Positions 12,350 to 24,351 of a stretch of 64,000 nt of DNA are shown here, piece by piece (the first letter of the stretch is position 1; each line of letters starts with the position of its first letter). Source of the stretch: Marsupella aquatica. Taxonomy: Eukaryota; Plantae; Marchantiophyta. The stretch spans positions 620,001 through 684,000 of the forward strand of contig OZ316896.1 in assembly GCA_973895155.1 (NCBI GenBank). The letters run 5' to 3'. Below the pieces are notes generated by a model. That model did no database searches, was not told the DNA's origin, and saw nothing but the letters and a program-made list of their open reading frames with translations. The translations under genes and the position numbers were made by a program.

Positions 12350-15300
12350 ATGGAGACAAAGCGGCCTTTGAAGGAGTCCATGGGGGGCATTCCCCCATCG
12401 AAACGGCAACAAGTGTCCAACAACAACGAGGCAGATGCCGGTCCACCCCCTCCCATGGACTTGGAGGACGAGGAGTTCGGCGATGACGAGGATGTCTTTT
12501 TGGAGGAGGTGTTGGAGGAAACTCTTTTCAGGGATGAGGAGATGCTTAATGAGACCTTAGGTTCTGGAGTCTCATCACGACTTGCCAAGTGGCGAAGACT
12601 CCCGGTTAATCTGGATCCCAACACTGATCCCATAGTGTTCCAGCAGCTCGAAATTGACTACGTCATCGAGGAGAACAAGGCCATGCTACCAAACACCAAG
12701 GGGCCCTCTGCTGTGCTACGAGTTTTTGGTGTCACCAGAGAAGGAAACAGTGTTTGCTGCCATGTTTATGGATTTCGACCTTACTTTTACATCAGGAGCC
12801 TTGATGGCATGGGTGAGAGAGACATCAGCATACTACGCCAGACACTCGAGGCTCGGATGCGAGAGAGTGGTAAGTTCAGCAAAGCTCCCCTGTGTGTGAC
12901 AGAGATAAAGATGGTGCAGAAGAAAAGTGTGATGTATTTCCAGCCCCAGAAGAGCTATTCCTTTCTGCAGATCTATGTCGCACAGCCATCCATGGTCACA
13001 GCCTGTAGAGGACTTCTCGAGAAGGGTCTGAACATTGAAGGCCTCGGCCACAAGACCTTCATAACCTATGAGAGCAATGTGCTCTTTGCGCTTCGTTTCA
13101 TGATCGATTGTGGTATTAGTGGTGGCAACTGGATTGAATTGCCAGCCAATTCTTTTCATTACCGTGACTTGAAGAGCAGGTTGTCCCAATGCCAGCTTGA
13201 GGTTGACATACTCTATGACAAGATCATAAGCCATCAAGCAGTGGGAAAATACTCAAAGATGGCACCGTTTCGGATCCTTAGTGTTGACATTGAATGTGCT
13301 GGAAGGAAGGGTCATTTCCCTGAAGCAGACAAAGATCCTGTCATTCAGATTGGCAACATGGTCACCGTGCAGGGTAGTGGCCAGCCGATGGTTCGCAATG
13401 TGATAACTCTCAAGACCTGCTCATCTATAGTAGGAGTTGACGTCATGTCCTTTGACACGGAGAAGGAAGTATTACTTGCATGGAGGGATCTGGTCAGGGA
13501 GGTTGATCCTGACATCATAATTGGGTACAACATCTGCAAATTCGACTTGCCCTACCTTCTTGACAGAGCTGAAGCTTTGAAAGTGGTTGACTTCCCATTA
13601 CTTGGGCGTATCAAGAAGAGCCGAGTGCGAATGAGAGATGCCTCATTTAACTCGAGACAGTATGGTACCAGAGAGAGTAAGGAGGTGACGATTGAGGGAC
13701 GTGTACAGTTTGATCTTTTTCAGGCTTTGCAGAGGGATTACAAGCTTAGTTCATATTCTCTCAATTCAGTTTCAGCACACTTTCTTGGGGAACAGAAGGA
13801 GGAAGTCCACCATTCTATCATAACAGATCTTCACAATGGAAGTCCAGATTCAAGGAGAAGATTGGCTGTTTATTGCTTGAAGGATGCGTATCTTCCGCAG
13901 CGCCTCCTGGACAAGCTTATGTATATCTACAACTACGTAGAAATGGCTCGAGTTACTGGAGTTCCGTTGTCATTTCTTCTCGCTCGTGGTCAGAGCATAA
14001 AGGTATTGTCACAACTACTTAGAAAGTGCCGGCAAAGAAATATGCTTGTCCCAAATCTGAAAGGGCAAGGGGCTGCTGGCCAGGAAGGATTTGAGGGTGC
14101 TACAGTTTTGGAAGCCAAAACTGGGTTCTACGAAAAGCCAATTGCCACTTTAGATTTTGCATCCCTTTACCCGTCCATCATGATGGCCTACAATCTGTGC
14201 TACTGCACTTTGGTGAGAACTGAAGACATGAAAAGCTTACAACTTGCACCAGATAGTTTGTGGAAAACGCCATCGGGTGAGACGTTCGTGAAAACCACTC
14301 TAGAAAAGGGAATCTTGCCGGAGATCTTAGAGGAGCTTCTAGCTGCTCGTAAGATAGCGAAGGCAGACCTGAAGAAAGCTACTGATCCCTTTGAAAAGGC
14401 CGTGCTTGATGGTCGGCAGCTTGCCCTAAAGATAAGTGCGAATTCGGTCTATGGATTTACCGGTGCTACTGTTGGGCAGCTGCCATGTCTCGAGATTTCA
14501 TCTAGTGTCACTAGCTATGGTCGTGCAATGATTGACCACACCAAAAAGCTAGTCGAAGAGAAATTCAATCTAAGCAATGGGTATCAATATGAAGCTGAAG
14601 TTGTGTATGGAGACACGGATTCTGTGATGGTACAATTCGGGGTGCCCACAGTGGAAGAATCCATGGAGCTTGGTCGAGAAGCAGCAGAGTACATCAGTGC
14701 AACGTTTACCAAACCTATCAAGCTGGAGTTTGAGAAGGTCTACTTCCCATATCTACTCATTAGCAAGAAGAGATATGCAGGACTGCTTTGGACCAAACCA
14801 GAGAGGCATGACAAAATGGACACGAAAGGTATTGAGACGGTCAGAAGAGATAATTGCCTGTTGGTGAAAAATCTGGTGACTGAATGCCTGAACAAGATAT
14901 TGATTGATCGGAACATTCCTGGAGCTGTGCAGTTTGCGAAGAATACAATATCTGACCTGCTGATGAATCGAGTTGATCTCTCACTACTTGTTATCACGAA
15001 GGGTTTGTCTAAAACAGGAGATGATTATGCAGTGAAGGCTGCACATGTGGAATTGGCAGAGCGTATGCGAAAACGAGATTCTGCAACAGCACCCACTGTA
15101 GGTGACCGTGTGCCATATGTTATTATCAAAGCTATCAAGGGAGCCAAGGCTTTTGAAAAATCCGAAGATCCTATCTATGTCCTAGAAAACAATATTCCCA
15201 TAGACCCCAATTACTACTTGGAAAATCAGCTTAGCAAGCCATTGCTTAGGATATTTGACCCGATTTTGAAGAATGCAAGCAAGGAGCTGCTGCATGGCAG

Positions 15301-15649
15301 CCACACAAGGGCTGTCTCTATATCTACCCCAGCTAACAGTGGTATCATGAAGTTCGCCAAGAAGCGTTTGAGCTGCATTGGTTGTAAAACTGTCATAAGT
15401 GGGGAAAATCAGACTTTGTGTGAGCATTGTAAAGGGAGGGAGGCGGAGCTCTATCAGAAGACAGTGACAAACGTGAGGGAACTCGAGAGTCTATTTGGGC
15501 GTTTGTGGACACAATGCCAGCATTGCCAAGGGTCTCTGCATCAAGAGGTTCTTTGTACAAGTCGGGACTGTCCCATCTTCTACCGAAGGAAGAAAGCTCA
15601 AAAGGATCTTTCTGAAGCAGAGACTCAGCTGGATCGGTGGGATTTCTGA
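12350..15649 (+). CDS. POLD1: DNA polymerase delta catalytic subunit, 1099 aa, single exon
   Basis: Uninterrupted ORF with ExoI DIEC, ExoII GYNICKFDLPY, ExoIII YCLKDA, motif A DFASLYPS, motif B KISANSVYG and motif C YGDTDS. Also SKKRYAG, C-terminal CysA (CIGC...CEHC) and CysB (CQHC...CTSRDC), and a plant-like end (QLDRWDF). Confidence 0.98.
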   Translation: METKRPLKESMGGIPPSKRQQVSNNNEADAGPPPPMDLEDEEFGDDEDVFLEEVLEETLFRDEEMLNETLGSGVSSRLAKWRRLPVNLDPNTDPIVFQQLEIDYVIEENKAMLPNTKGPSAVLRVFGVTREGNSVCCHVYGFRPYFYIRSLDGMGERDISILRQTLEARMRESGKFSKAPLCVTEIKMVQKKSVMYFQPQKSYSFLQIYVAQPSMVTACRGLLEKGLNIEGLGHKTFITYESNVLFALRFMIDCGISGGNWIELPANSFHYRDLKSRLSQCQLEVDILYDKIISHQAVGKYSKMAPFRILSVDIECAGRKGHFPEADKDPVIQIGNMVTVQGSGQPMVRNVITLKTCSSIVGVDVMSFDTEKEVLLAWRDLVREVDPDIIIGYNICKFDLPYLLDRAEALKVVDFPLLGRIKKSRVRMRDASFNSRQYGTRESKEVTIEGRVQFDLFQALQRDYKLSSYSLNSVSAHFLGEQKEEVHHSIITDLHNGSPDSRRRLAVYCLKDAYLPQRLLDKLMYIYNYVEMARVTGVPLSFLLARGQSIKVLSQLLRKCRQRNMLVPNLKGQGAAGQEGFEGATVLEAKTGFYEKPIATLDFASLYPSIMMAYNLCYCTLVRTEDMKSLQLAPDSLWKTPSGETFVKTTLEKGILPEILEELLAARKIAKADLKKATDPFEKAVLDGRQLALKISANSVYGFTGATVGQLPCLEISSSVTSYGRAMIDHTKKLVEEKFNLSNGYQYEAEVVYGDTDSVMVQFGVPTVEESMELGREAAEYISATFTKPIKLEFEKVYFPYLLISKKRYAGLLWTKPERHDKMDTKGIETVRRDNCLLVKNLVTECLNKILIDRNIPGAVQFAKNTISDLLMNRVDLSLLVITKGLSKTGDDYAVKAAHVELAERMRKRDSATAPTVGDRVPYVIIKAIKGAKAFEKSEDPIYVLENNIPIDPNYYLENQLSKPLLRIFDPILKNASKELLHGSHTRAVSISTPANSGIMKFAKKRLSCIGCKTVISGENQTLCEHCKGREAELYQKTVTNVRELESLFGRLWTQCQHCQGSLHQEVLCTSRDCPIFYRRKKAQKDLSEAETQLDRWDF

Positions 15650-16192
15650 TTCATCGTGTGTTATGCTTTCAAAGCTTGTAGCACAGCTCGTGATATAGAG
15701 GCAGCATTTGTGCTAGACGTAGAAGTAGAAGAAGAACAATCGATCACTCTCAACTAGAGTGTGGCCAATTTTCCATGTCACTGGCTACTTTTCGGAAGAT
15801 AGAATCCTTGCTCGCACGAATCTTCTCCTCTGTAGGATTGCATCGCAAAAGATCCTTTGTGTTATTTGAGATATCAAAACATATGAATGACAGACGTTTT
15901 GGAGAAGACAATGAGGTTGGAGAAACGGAATATTTGGAAGTAGCATCTCTGATAGAAGGATAATTTGTTTTACTGTCTGTCTACTTTACCCACAACACTA
16001 AGCCTTTGAAAAAGGTAATCACTTTGTATGACGGCAGATATCAGATTCTTCAATCTGCCACCGAGGCGCTTTTTGTGGTCACTTGTTCCCCCTTCCCATC
16101 TTCCTTTCCTTCGCTCTTTCAAACGATGTACTACTGGCGGGTCCCTTTGAAAAGATGAACATTGAAGGAAAGGTTTAGGCTGTACTCTCATC

Positions 16193-16253
16193 GGAGAGGA
16201 GAGGAGAGATGAGATGAGATAAGATGATGAGATGAGATGAAATGAGATGAGAT
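16193..16253. repeat. (GAGAG)/(GAGAT)n pentanucleotide microsatellite
   Basis: GGAGAGGAGAGGAGAGATGAGATGAGATAAGATGATGAGATGAGATGAAATGAGATGAGAT is read directly. Confidence 0.9.
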
Positions 16254-16544
16254 TCTAATCGTCCGATCTGCTGCTTGCGTAATTGATAAGGTAATGTGGC
16301 TCCCATTGAATCATGCGGTGCAATGGGGCCTCCCATTGAATCATGCGGTTACACACACACAAATCTAATTCTAGATCGCTTGCTCGAATTCTTTACACTC
16401 TAGATTTTATCCAGAGATTCGAATCCTTAAGCACTAAGTTGCTTATTGATTTCTTTCTTGAAAATCTGCTCTCACTCGTTTGCAGTAGAATCTTCAACAC
16501 AGTGCTCTCAACATTTGGTGCCATCTTCTGCATAGCAGATGGTA

Positions 16545-17535
16545 ACCAATGAGACTTTCAGCAGAGGAAGGTACTCAGTCCGCAAAGTGGCTCGACTTAC
16601 TGGCAGAGATAGCGAATGACGAAATGGAGACAGAAATCATAATTTTCTCTGGTCGGGATCATTCAGAACTTTGATCTCAATTCTCGTGGCCTAGACAAGA
16701 AAGATCGGCTGATTACGAAATGGCCTCGGTGATCGTTGACCCCCGGCCATTAAAGCGATCGTCTCATATTGCGTTTACTGAGCTGGACTACTATCCCGCG
16801 CAGGCTGAAAGAGATGATGCGTTCCATGCCATACTTTCTAGCACTGGTTGTTTCTTGAGCACATCCCCGCCGTGAGGCCCTCCCTGTTCTTTCTTTGGGT
16901 AGTGCAACAATTGGTGTGACGCCCGAAATGGTGTGCAACAATTGGAGTGACGTCTCAAGTGTGGTAAGTCAATAATTGGTACAGCACTCTGCAGACGATT
17001 TAGGAAAGATGAGAGAAAAGTATTTTAATTATGGCCTTCATGAAACACGTCCCATCTTTCGAACTATCCTGTTCTGTGCGACGGCCAATGCAGAGGAAGT
17101 CTTTTCAAATTCATAGCTTGAATCCAATATTTGAACGAGCACACTTATACCGACAGCTGAAAGACAACGCCTTGCATTACCTTCTGGTCTGTTGTAAGCA
17201 GGACTTAGTTTGCTGCCTGTGCATGACCTCGACGGGGAAGAATGGCACCGTCCGTTACCGTGATAGCCTCGCTCGAGTGTTGCTATCACCATGTTCCCAG
17301 TGGAAAAATGGCAACATTCACTAATCGACTGCAGCGACACGAGAGGCGAGAACAAGGAGATCATGAATCCGATAATATTCCAAGTAGTCTTGGCGGGGAC
17401 GTACGCTGGGTCAGCAGAAGGCCTTCGGAGGAGAAAAATCCCGAAAGTTCGAGTCACAGGATCGATGTCGATTTAGAGGAATTTCTGGAGTTGGAAGATC
17501 CTTGGGCAAACAAATCAGACCCGCTCAGGTGCTGA
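16545..17535 (+). pseudogene. Possible decayed protein-coding remnant (weakly BTB/POZ-BACK-like)
   Basis: Protein-like pieces in shifting frames: WLDLLAEIANDEMETEIIIFSG, IAFTELDYY/LKEMMRSM, NAEEVF/QIHSLNPIFERAHLYRQLKDNALHYLL. Interrupted by stops and frameshifts. The family assignment is by eye only. Confidence 0.25.
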
Positions 17536-19919
17536 TTGTGCCTGCTTTGCCTTCTTCATAGAGTAGGAATGTTCGAAATCGGGCTAGAAGGGGTAGAATG
17601 ATCTAGAGTGCGATGACGGCTTCACGTCAATCGTTTTATATAAAACTGCGATGTCTGCATCTCCCGCAGACTCGAACAGTAGCCTGTCTATTCATATGCT
17701 ATATACAGAGGGAACTGTAGGAATCCGTCTTTGCCTTGAACACTATCTTTCTTTATTAGGAAAAAAAAAAACCCAGAAGACGTTTGGCTTCTCAACGGGG
17801 AAACAAGCCGTAAAGAGGCAACACACAAATCGACGTGGGGGGCAGGCCCTTCCCCATCCGAGAGGGGCCCAACAGAGTGGCACCGAGCATCCTGGACTGA
17901 CGAAACAAATGGCTCGTTTACTGTATTTCTCAGTACACACTGAGGGATCCGACGACATTCGGACTAGTCCGGCACCTCCAAAGGAATGTGGACAAGGAAA
18001 GTCTTCGGGTCATATTGATTTCGTACTTTGTGCAAGCTCTAGTAAGCACTCGAAGTATTGTATCATTTTATGAGGAATCTAGACTAACCGTTGCAGACTG
18101 TTCAATCACCGTGAAGTATCTTCGTTTCAGCTTTGTACCGAGAAACATGCTCAGTGGGGCCCCTCATTCCCGTGAGCCCGTGATTTGATTAAATACTTTG
18201 TGACGTCGCCGGCCACAGGGGCAGCGACCTTAATGGTGGTTCCTAAATCGCGGAGAAACACGAAGAACGAGAGTGTGGAGAAACCATGATTCAGAAAACA
18301 TTTCGAACACCCTCCACACTCAACTAAGGGTATTGTTATCATTCTATGAAAGTTGTAAAAATTTTGAGGGTGGCTCCGTTGGCATCAATAGTAAAAGTCA
18401 ATAGGGCGTGTCAAAGCACAATTATAGTTATGGTTCAGGACAGACATAAAATGCTGTTATTGTCAAGACAAAATAGTTATGTGCTACCAAAATATGTACC
18501 CATAAAAGTGATACATCTGAAAAATAAAGCCATAACATACACTTTGGTTACAAGAGAACTTTGACGTGTCCTACTGATGTTGTGGGCGTCTTCTCACCTC
18601 TGTAGACTACTGTTTCTGTTTTAGGAGATGATTCATTTGAGAATCTTAGTGACACTCTTGCGCAGTACTCGTGCTTTCAGTGCTAGACTCTTATGGAGGT
18701 GGGCGGGGAAGATTCCATCCTTCAATTTACTGTACCATGAGGAAATGTTATAATCTTTACGCCATCCGAGAATCATATGCAACTTGTCCATTGAACCCAC
18801 CTTCACAGGAAAAGTTTTCTGAGTTGCACCGATGACTGTAAGAAAAGCACCGAAAAGTAGTATTTAGAAGCGAAAAGAGATTATGCATTTACCTAATGAA
18901 CTCTGCCGGAACCTTGAAACTTTGCCGGCATAGCTTTGTAGATTTTGTGGATTGAATGTGAAGTGCAATACAAGTATTGGACTTTACGTTCGTTTTGATT
19001 TTAAGTTAGAAATAGAAAGAAGTTTCTATCGTTCCAAGTTTGATGAAAATGCTGATTTTTCACTCTAAACGTAAGGGTTGCTGGGAAGGAATCTGCCGGA
19101 AATTTACTGAAATAGTTGTTTCTAGACATTGTCCACAAACCTAACGCAATCCTATTTCTGATACAAAAATAAAAAATGTGGTAGACAGAATATCTATATA
19201 CCACATTTAATATCTAACACTATAAGCTCACAGCGAATAAAAAACTAATAACATGTGCAAAGAGCAGTGGCAACTCATAACATGTCCAAAGAGCAGTGGC
19301 CCATGCTTGGATAAACACTTAGGGTTTAGGGCACCCTTGGTCAGCTAGTTTTAATAGCAAACACATACTAGGCTAATTTTAGCATCTGAGCTTGCTTGTT
19401 TAATTTTTAACCATGAACCCATGCGTTATTAATTTTAGTAGTTGACCCATGATCCACCTTAAACCCTGTGCCAGTGCATGGGCAGCTTGCATGTGAGCAC
19501 GCAAATGACAATTGACTTCACCAATCACACCATGGCTGCAATGACAATTACCTGCCTGGCCACAACCCCAGCATGGCTATGATGCTGGCAACAATTTGTA
19601 AGGAAATTGAACTAGTGAACTAGTAGCTGCCTACCTTCCATACTGCTAATTGCAGATTTCTTCTGGCAATTGTCTCCATCTTGATGTGGCATTTTGCGTG
19701 TTAGCTCATGTAGGACTTTGCCTAGTCAATAGCAACTAGAATATAATGTAAACCTCTACAGACGAGAAAAGTTCAATGCAGTCTGGTGAACATTTTACAG
19801 CTCTAGAGTGCCGACTCCCATTGGGGTAACTCGAGAGGTAGTTCACTACTCAGATTGGGATTGCAGTCTATAAATGAGACATTTCTTCCCTAAACATTTG
19901 CATAGCAACCATTTCGTTT

Positions 19920-20346
19920 CCATACAAGACTTCAGTTGCCTCCTAGCAAGTGATGATGATTATCAGCAATGGATCTTTCCAAGGAGACTTTCGTTGGATC
20001 TTCCAAATGATGTTATCAGCAATGGAGCTATCTTGGGAGACACGATTGTCAACTGTGGAACTTTCGACCCAGAAATTCGTTGCCTCCTAATATAAGTGAT
20101 ACTGATAATCTGCTTTGGAGCTTTCATACTAGACTTTCATTGCCTGCTACAAGTGATAATGATTGTCAGCACCGAGCTTTTAGATGAGACTTTCGTTGCC
20201 TCCCAACAAGTGATCATGTGTATCAGCAATGGTGCATACGAGACGTTAGTTGCCTCCTAACAAGTGATAATGATTGTCAGCATTGGAGCTTTCATACAAG
20301 ACTTTCGTTGCCTTTTAACAAGTGATACTAACAGCAAATGGAGCAA
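19920..20346. repeat. Degenerate ~54-60-bp tandem array, ~7 copies
   Basis: Consensus AGACTTTCGTTGCCTCCTAACAAGTGATAATGATTGTCAGCAATGGAGCTTTCATAC. Units start near 19927, 19985, 20071, 20131, 20187, 20241 and 20299. Confidence 0.8.
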
Positions 20347-20886
20347 CGAGGTAGACTTTCCAATCCTGTTATAGGTGACGAACCTGTGGACGCTTGACCT
20401 CCACAGAATTATGCAGAAATCAAGCGCCCAGAAGTAGGGGCCAAACAACTATCACAAAGCCGTAAAGTTTCTAAGGTCTCATAATCTTTCCAGAGCTTCT
20501 TCGCATCAGGAACTGTGAACCGCAACACTCCCTGGTTCATCCAGAGTCCATAGGAGCCTCGGTTTTCATGACATCGGCACACCTAAGAAAGAAACTAATC
20601 ACGAAATCGCTCGAGAACCCTCTTCTGCAAATCCTGTGGGAATTTTTCTTACTCCGACATGGCGGCCCACGCATGATAACCAGGAGGGTAAAGAATCAAT
20701 GATATGTCACCAGCTGGGGAGTGCAACGAATCAACCATACATCACCAGCTGAGGAGGACCGGTACTACTGAAAATCTGTCAATTGATGGAAGTCCTGAGG
20801 TAGGACCCATATTGAGAACAGGGAAGCCGCTCTAAGATCAGAATTTATAGATTAGTTGCAAAACCATTCCCAGCTTAATGTAGGGC

Positions 20887-23800
20887 CTAAAGAATAGAGG
20901 GTATGAATCCTTTGATTATCCAGGTGTACAGGACAGCTAGCACAGCACCTACTGGGATTGTGACCATCCATGAGGCAATAATCTCTCTGACAACTTCTCC
21001 ACGAACACTGTTCAAGCCTCGAGCAAAGCCCACGCCCATCACTGCTCCTACTAATGTATGAGTCGCCGATATGGGCAACCCAAGCCTGGACGCCACCACC
21101 ACGACCGATGCCGCTGCAAATTCAGCAGCGAAGCCCCTCGTGGGGGTCAATTCAGTAATCTTGTTGCCTATGGTTGCAATGACACGATAGCCCCACACCA
21201 ATAACCCTGCCACGATTCCGAAGCCGCCCCAGACCAGTACATCAATTGGCATTCCCACGTCGGCACTCAAAGCAGAACCATGAAGTATGGCCAGAGCTGC
21301 GGATATGGGACCAATAGCATTGGCTACGTCATTCGCGCCATGCGCAAAGGACATGAAGCAAGCAGATAGTACTTGCAGGTAGCCGAAGATACTGTACACA
21401 ATCTTCAACTGGGTTCCTGTTGGGCCAGCCACACTCATAGGCATGCGCTGCATATTTGTTTGCTTAATTTCTTTCTCTTCAGGTATTGCACAATACGCTC
21501 CCAATAGACTGCCCAGTTCCCGCCAAATTACAGTGTTGATGACTATTGCTCCAGCAGCACCGAACGCAAGAGCTTGTGCAACTGTCAGCAGAGCACTGCT
21601 ATGTGCCGGAAGGGCTGTGAAGGAGAGTGCAGCTACCCCAATGAAGACAGCAATGGGAGCAACTGTGGCGGCTGCTTGTCCAGGATTCGGTGCACTGTAA
21701 ACAAACTGTTCGAATACAAAATCCAAGCGACAGATGTCTTGTTAGTCGAAAATGCCATAAATGCAATGTAGAGTGTTTTCTTCACACACCAACCATCTTT
21801 ATGAACAAACTTCCGACAGCAAAGTCCACACAACAGACTGATGGTGACTGAGACCTTAACACTGCTAACTTACGTTAAGCCTAGTAGATGAGAAATGAGA
21901 CTGCAACCAACGTATCAAGAGAGCCACGAAACAACTAGATCCAGATTAGATAAACTTCTACTCTTGATTCGAATAGAATTCCTAGCTAGTTTCCAAATAT
22001 GATGCCCCTACGAGAATTGTTCGTATAGTTTCACCCTGTTCTATATTTTATTTGTGATCCTGTGTACGAAGTCAGAATTCGATTTGACTTTATAAGTAAG
22101 ATAGCCTATAAGGTGATTCCGGCTCAACTATTTGCATCGCTACAGCGACGCTACAGAAAGTATAAACCTGATTAAGAAGGTGAGTGCTTACCAATCGAAT
22201 GCACATGTAGACCATGAATGAAACGGCAGCACCCATTAGGGGAGAGACGACCCATGACGAGACTACTCTGGCCAGTGATTGCCAATACACTGCCTCAATC
22301 CCGCCATACATGAGACCGAATCCTACCATAGCACCGATGATGCAATGCGTCGTAGACACTGGCCACCCATAATAAGACGCAACCTATGAGCACAGATCAC
22401 ACACAAGTTACTCAAAGACGTCTTATAGTTCGAAACCTGTGAAAAGAAACTTGTGAGCAACAATGCATCGAATTAAGCCCATCATTCATTGACATTGAGC
22501 TCTGTGTTTGAAGCCCACTCCACCATTAGGAGAAAGGACGATCAATGGTGGGCAGTGTTTCCCAACGATCCGGACGATAGCACGATACATCTGAACCTAG
22601 ATCACCCGTCCTTCAATTGTCCCAAGCACTCATCAGAAGATAAAGACAACCAAATTCCACCATGGGCTTCACGACGCTCCCCTTTTGATCACTAAAATTC
22701 AAGCCCTAAATTCCAACCCGGCAAATGCTGGTTTGCAAAGTTAGGTCTCGTTGAACAGAAAATTGCTAAAAGACCTCATGGGATGTCAGACCGTGCTCCG
22801 TGCCTGTCATCGTCCCCTGGTTTGCCTCAAGGCGAAAACTGCTAACGGTCGATTCCTACTTGAGAATTTTGGGGCCCCTTTGGCAGCGGAAAATTCCGCG
22901 CAAAAGTCATCTGATTAAGACGCGGCCAAAAGGCCGAGACTGATATGGTGGAACAGAGCGAGAGCCCTGAGACTGAACTTCCCGTAATATTCATCTCCAC
23001 ATTGTTTAGGTGAGAATTAATTCAGGGACGACAGAGATTCTGACCGAAAATGCGGAACGTTCTGAAGACAAAGGAAATTGACCTTGTGACAAACAATCTC
23101 ATGCATATGTCACTCAGGTGTCAATTGCACTCGAGGATTATAATTAACCTGAATGGGAAAAATTGAATCTTAAAAGATGAGGGAAAAAAGCAGCACTGCC
23201 ACAAACAACCCCATCTGGTTCGCTCACTGTCCAGCAGAGAGAGAATGGATGGATTAATAAATGATATAGATGAGCTTTTACTGACAAACCATTTCGTCAT
23301 CATCGTTCTTTCATTCATTCACTTATTCATTCCATCACTCATTCATGATTCGTTGACTCATCACTACGGGATTCACCTGTAGCCAAGTACCGGCAGCTGC
23401 CAGAGAAGAAACCATTCCAGCGAACAGGAGCGAAGATTTCCCTTCAAACACTGAGACTGCGAGAATTCCCTTCTGCATGGTGTGGCTGACATGCGAGCCG
23501 ACCATAAACGCCCCTGCGAATTCCAGCACAGCAGCAGTGAGCACCGCCTGGCGCAGCGTCAAGGCCCCCGACCCCACGGACGTCCCCATCGCATTCGCCA
23601 CATCGTTGGCGCCGATGTTCCACGCCATGTAGAACCCGAAGAGAAGCGTTGCATAGGAAAGAAACCTGGTCTTAATTGGTAGCCCTGGGGCCGTGGACGA
23701 CATGAAGAGCGGCATCACAAGAGCTGCCAGGGCAATTCCGGCAGTGATCCCAAATGCAGTGCGTGCCGAAATGGAAAAGGCCTCTGCCATGCCTTGTGGC

Positions 23801-24351
23801 CCGCCCGCTTTCACTGCGGGAGACGGCTCAGCATCTCCTCCAACTGCCTTCACACCAACGACATGCCCTTCCTCGCCTCCTTCAAGCGACAATGTTCCAT
23901 TGCTGGGCGAAGAAGGAGAAGAAGAATTGTCAGCTGCTGCTCCCGTATCCTCCCCCTCAGGGGAATCCACACTTTGGCCCCCACTCCATTCACCTGCGCC
24001 ACCTGCAATTGAGAGTCTAACTCTGAGGCTGAGGCTGCGCTGACATCCATCACGATCAAAGGTGCCACCCCAAGCTCCTTGCCGTGCTCTTTCCACCTTG
24101 AGAGCTGACCTTTCCATTCCTCCCAGGTCATTTTGGCTCCGTAGCCTGTAAGCTTGAGAAGACTGTCCATGGCGGATTCTTCGATTGGAAACGGCAGAGA
24201 GATCATTGGTGTGACGGGCAGCTACTTGTCTCAGACATGGCAGCAGCGGAAGAGAGGAGGAACGGGACGAACAGCACGCATGATCATGAGGGGCCAAATT
24301 GTTGAGCCTGCCGCCGCCACCGCCTACCACAGCAGTCACGGTGGCCGACAT
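20887..24351 (-). CDS. PHT2;1: Plastid inorganic phosphate transporter (PiT/PHO4 family), 3 coding exons, ~661 aa
   Basis: Exons 24351-23377, 22383-22192 and 21705-20887 with phase-0 GT-AG introns. Two PiT signatures GANDVANA (WNIGANDVANAMGTSVGSGA and FAHGANDVANAIGP), plus PVSTTHCIIG, PISATHTLVG and ITELTPTRGF. The long Ser/Arg-rich N-terminus is consistent with a transit peptide. Confidence 0.95.

Noticed and set aside
12350-15649. Viral, Polinton or prokaryotic B-family polymerase as the explanation for the lack of introns
   Set aside because: It has the eukaryotic Pol delta N-terminal region, CysA/CysB motifs and a plant-like C-terminus. No viral or transposon genes or TIRs flank it.
12325-15698. 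Antisense and alternative-frame ORFs within POLD1
   Set aside because: Expected shadows of a long coding sequence.
19318-19331. TTAGGGTTTAGGG telomere-like motif
   Set aside because: Only two units, which is expected by chance or as an isolated telo-box.
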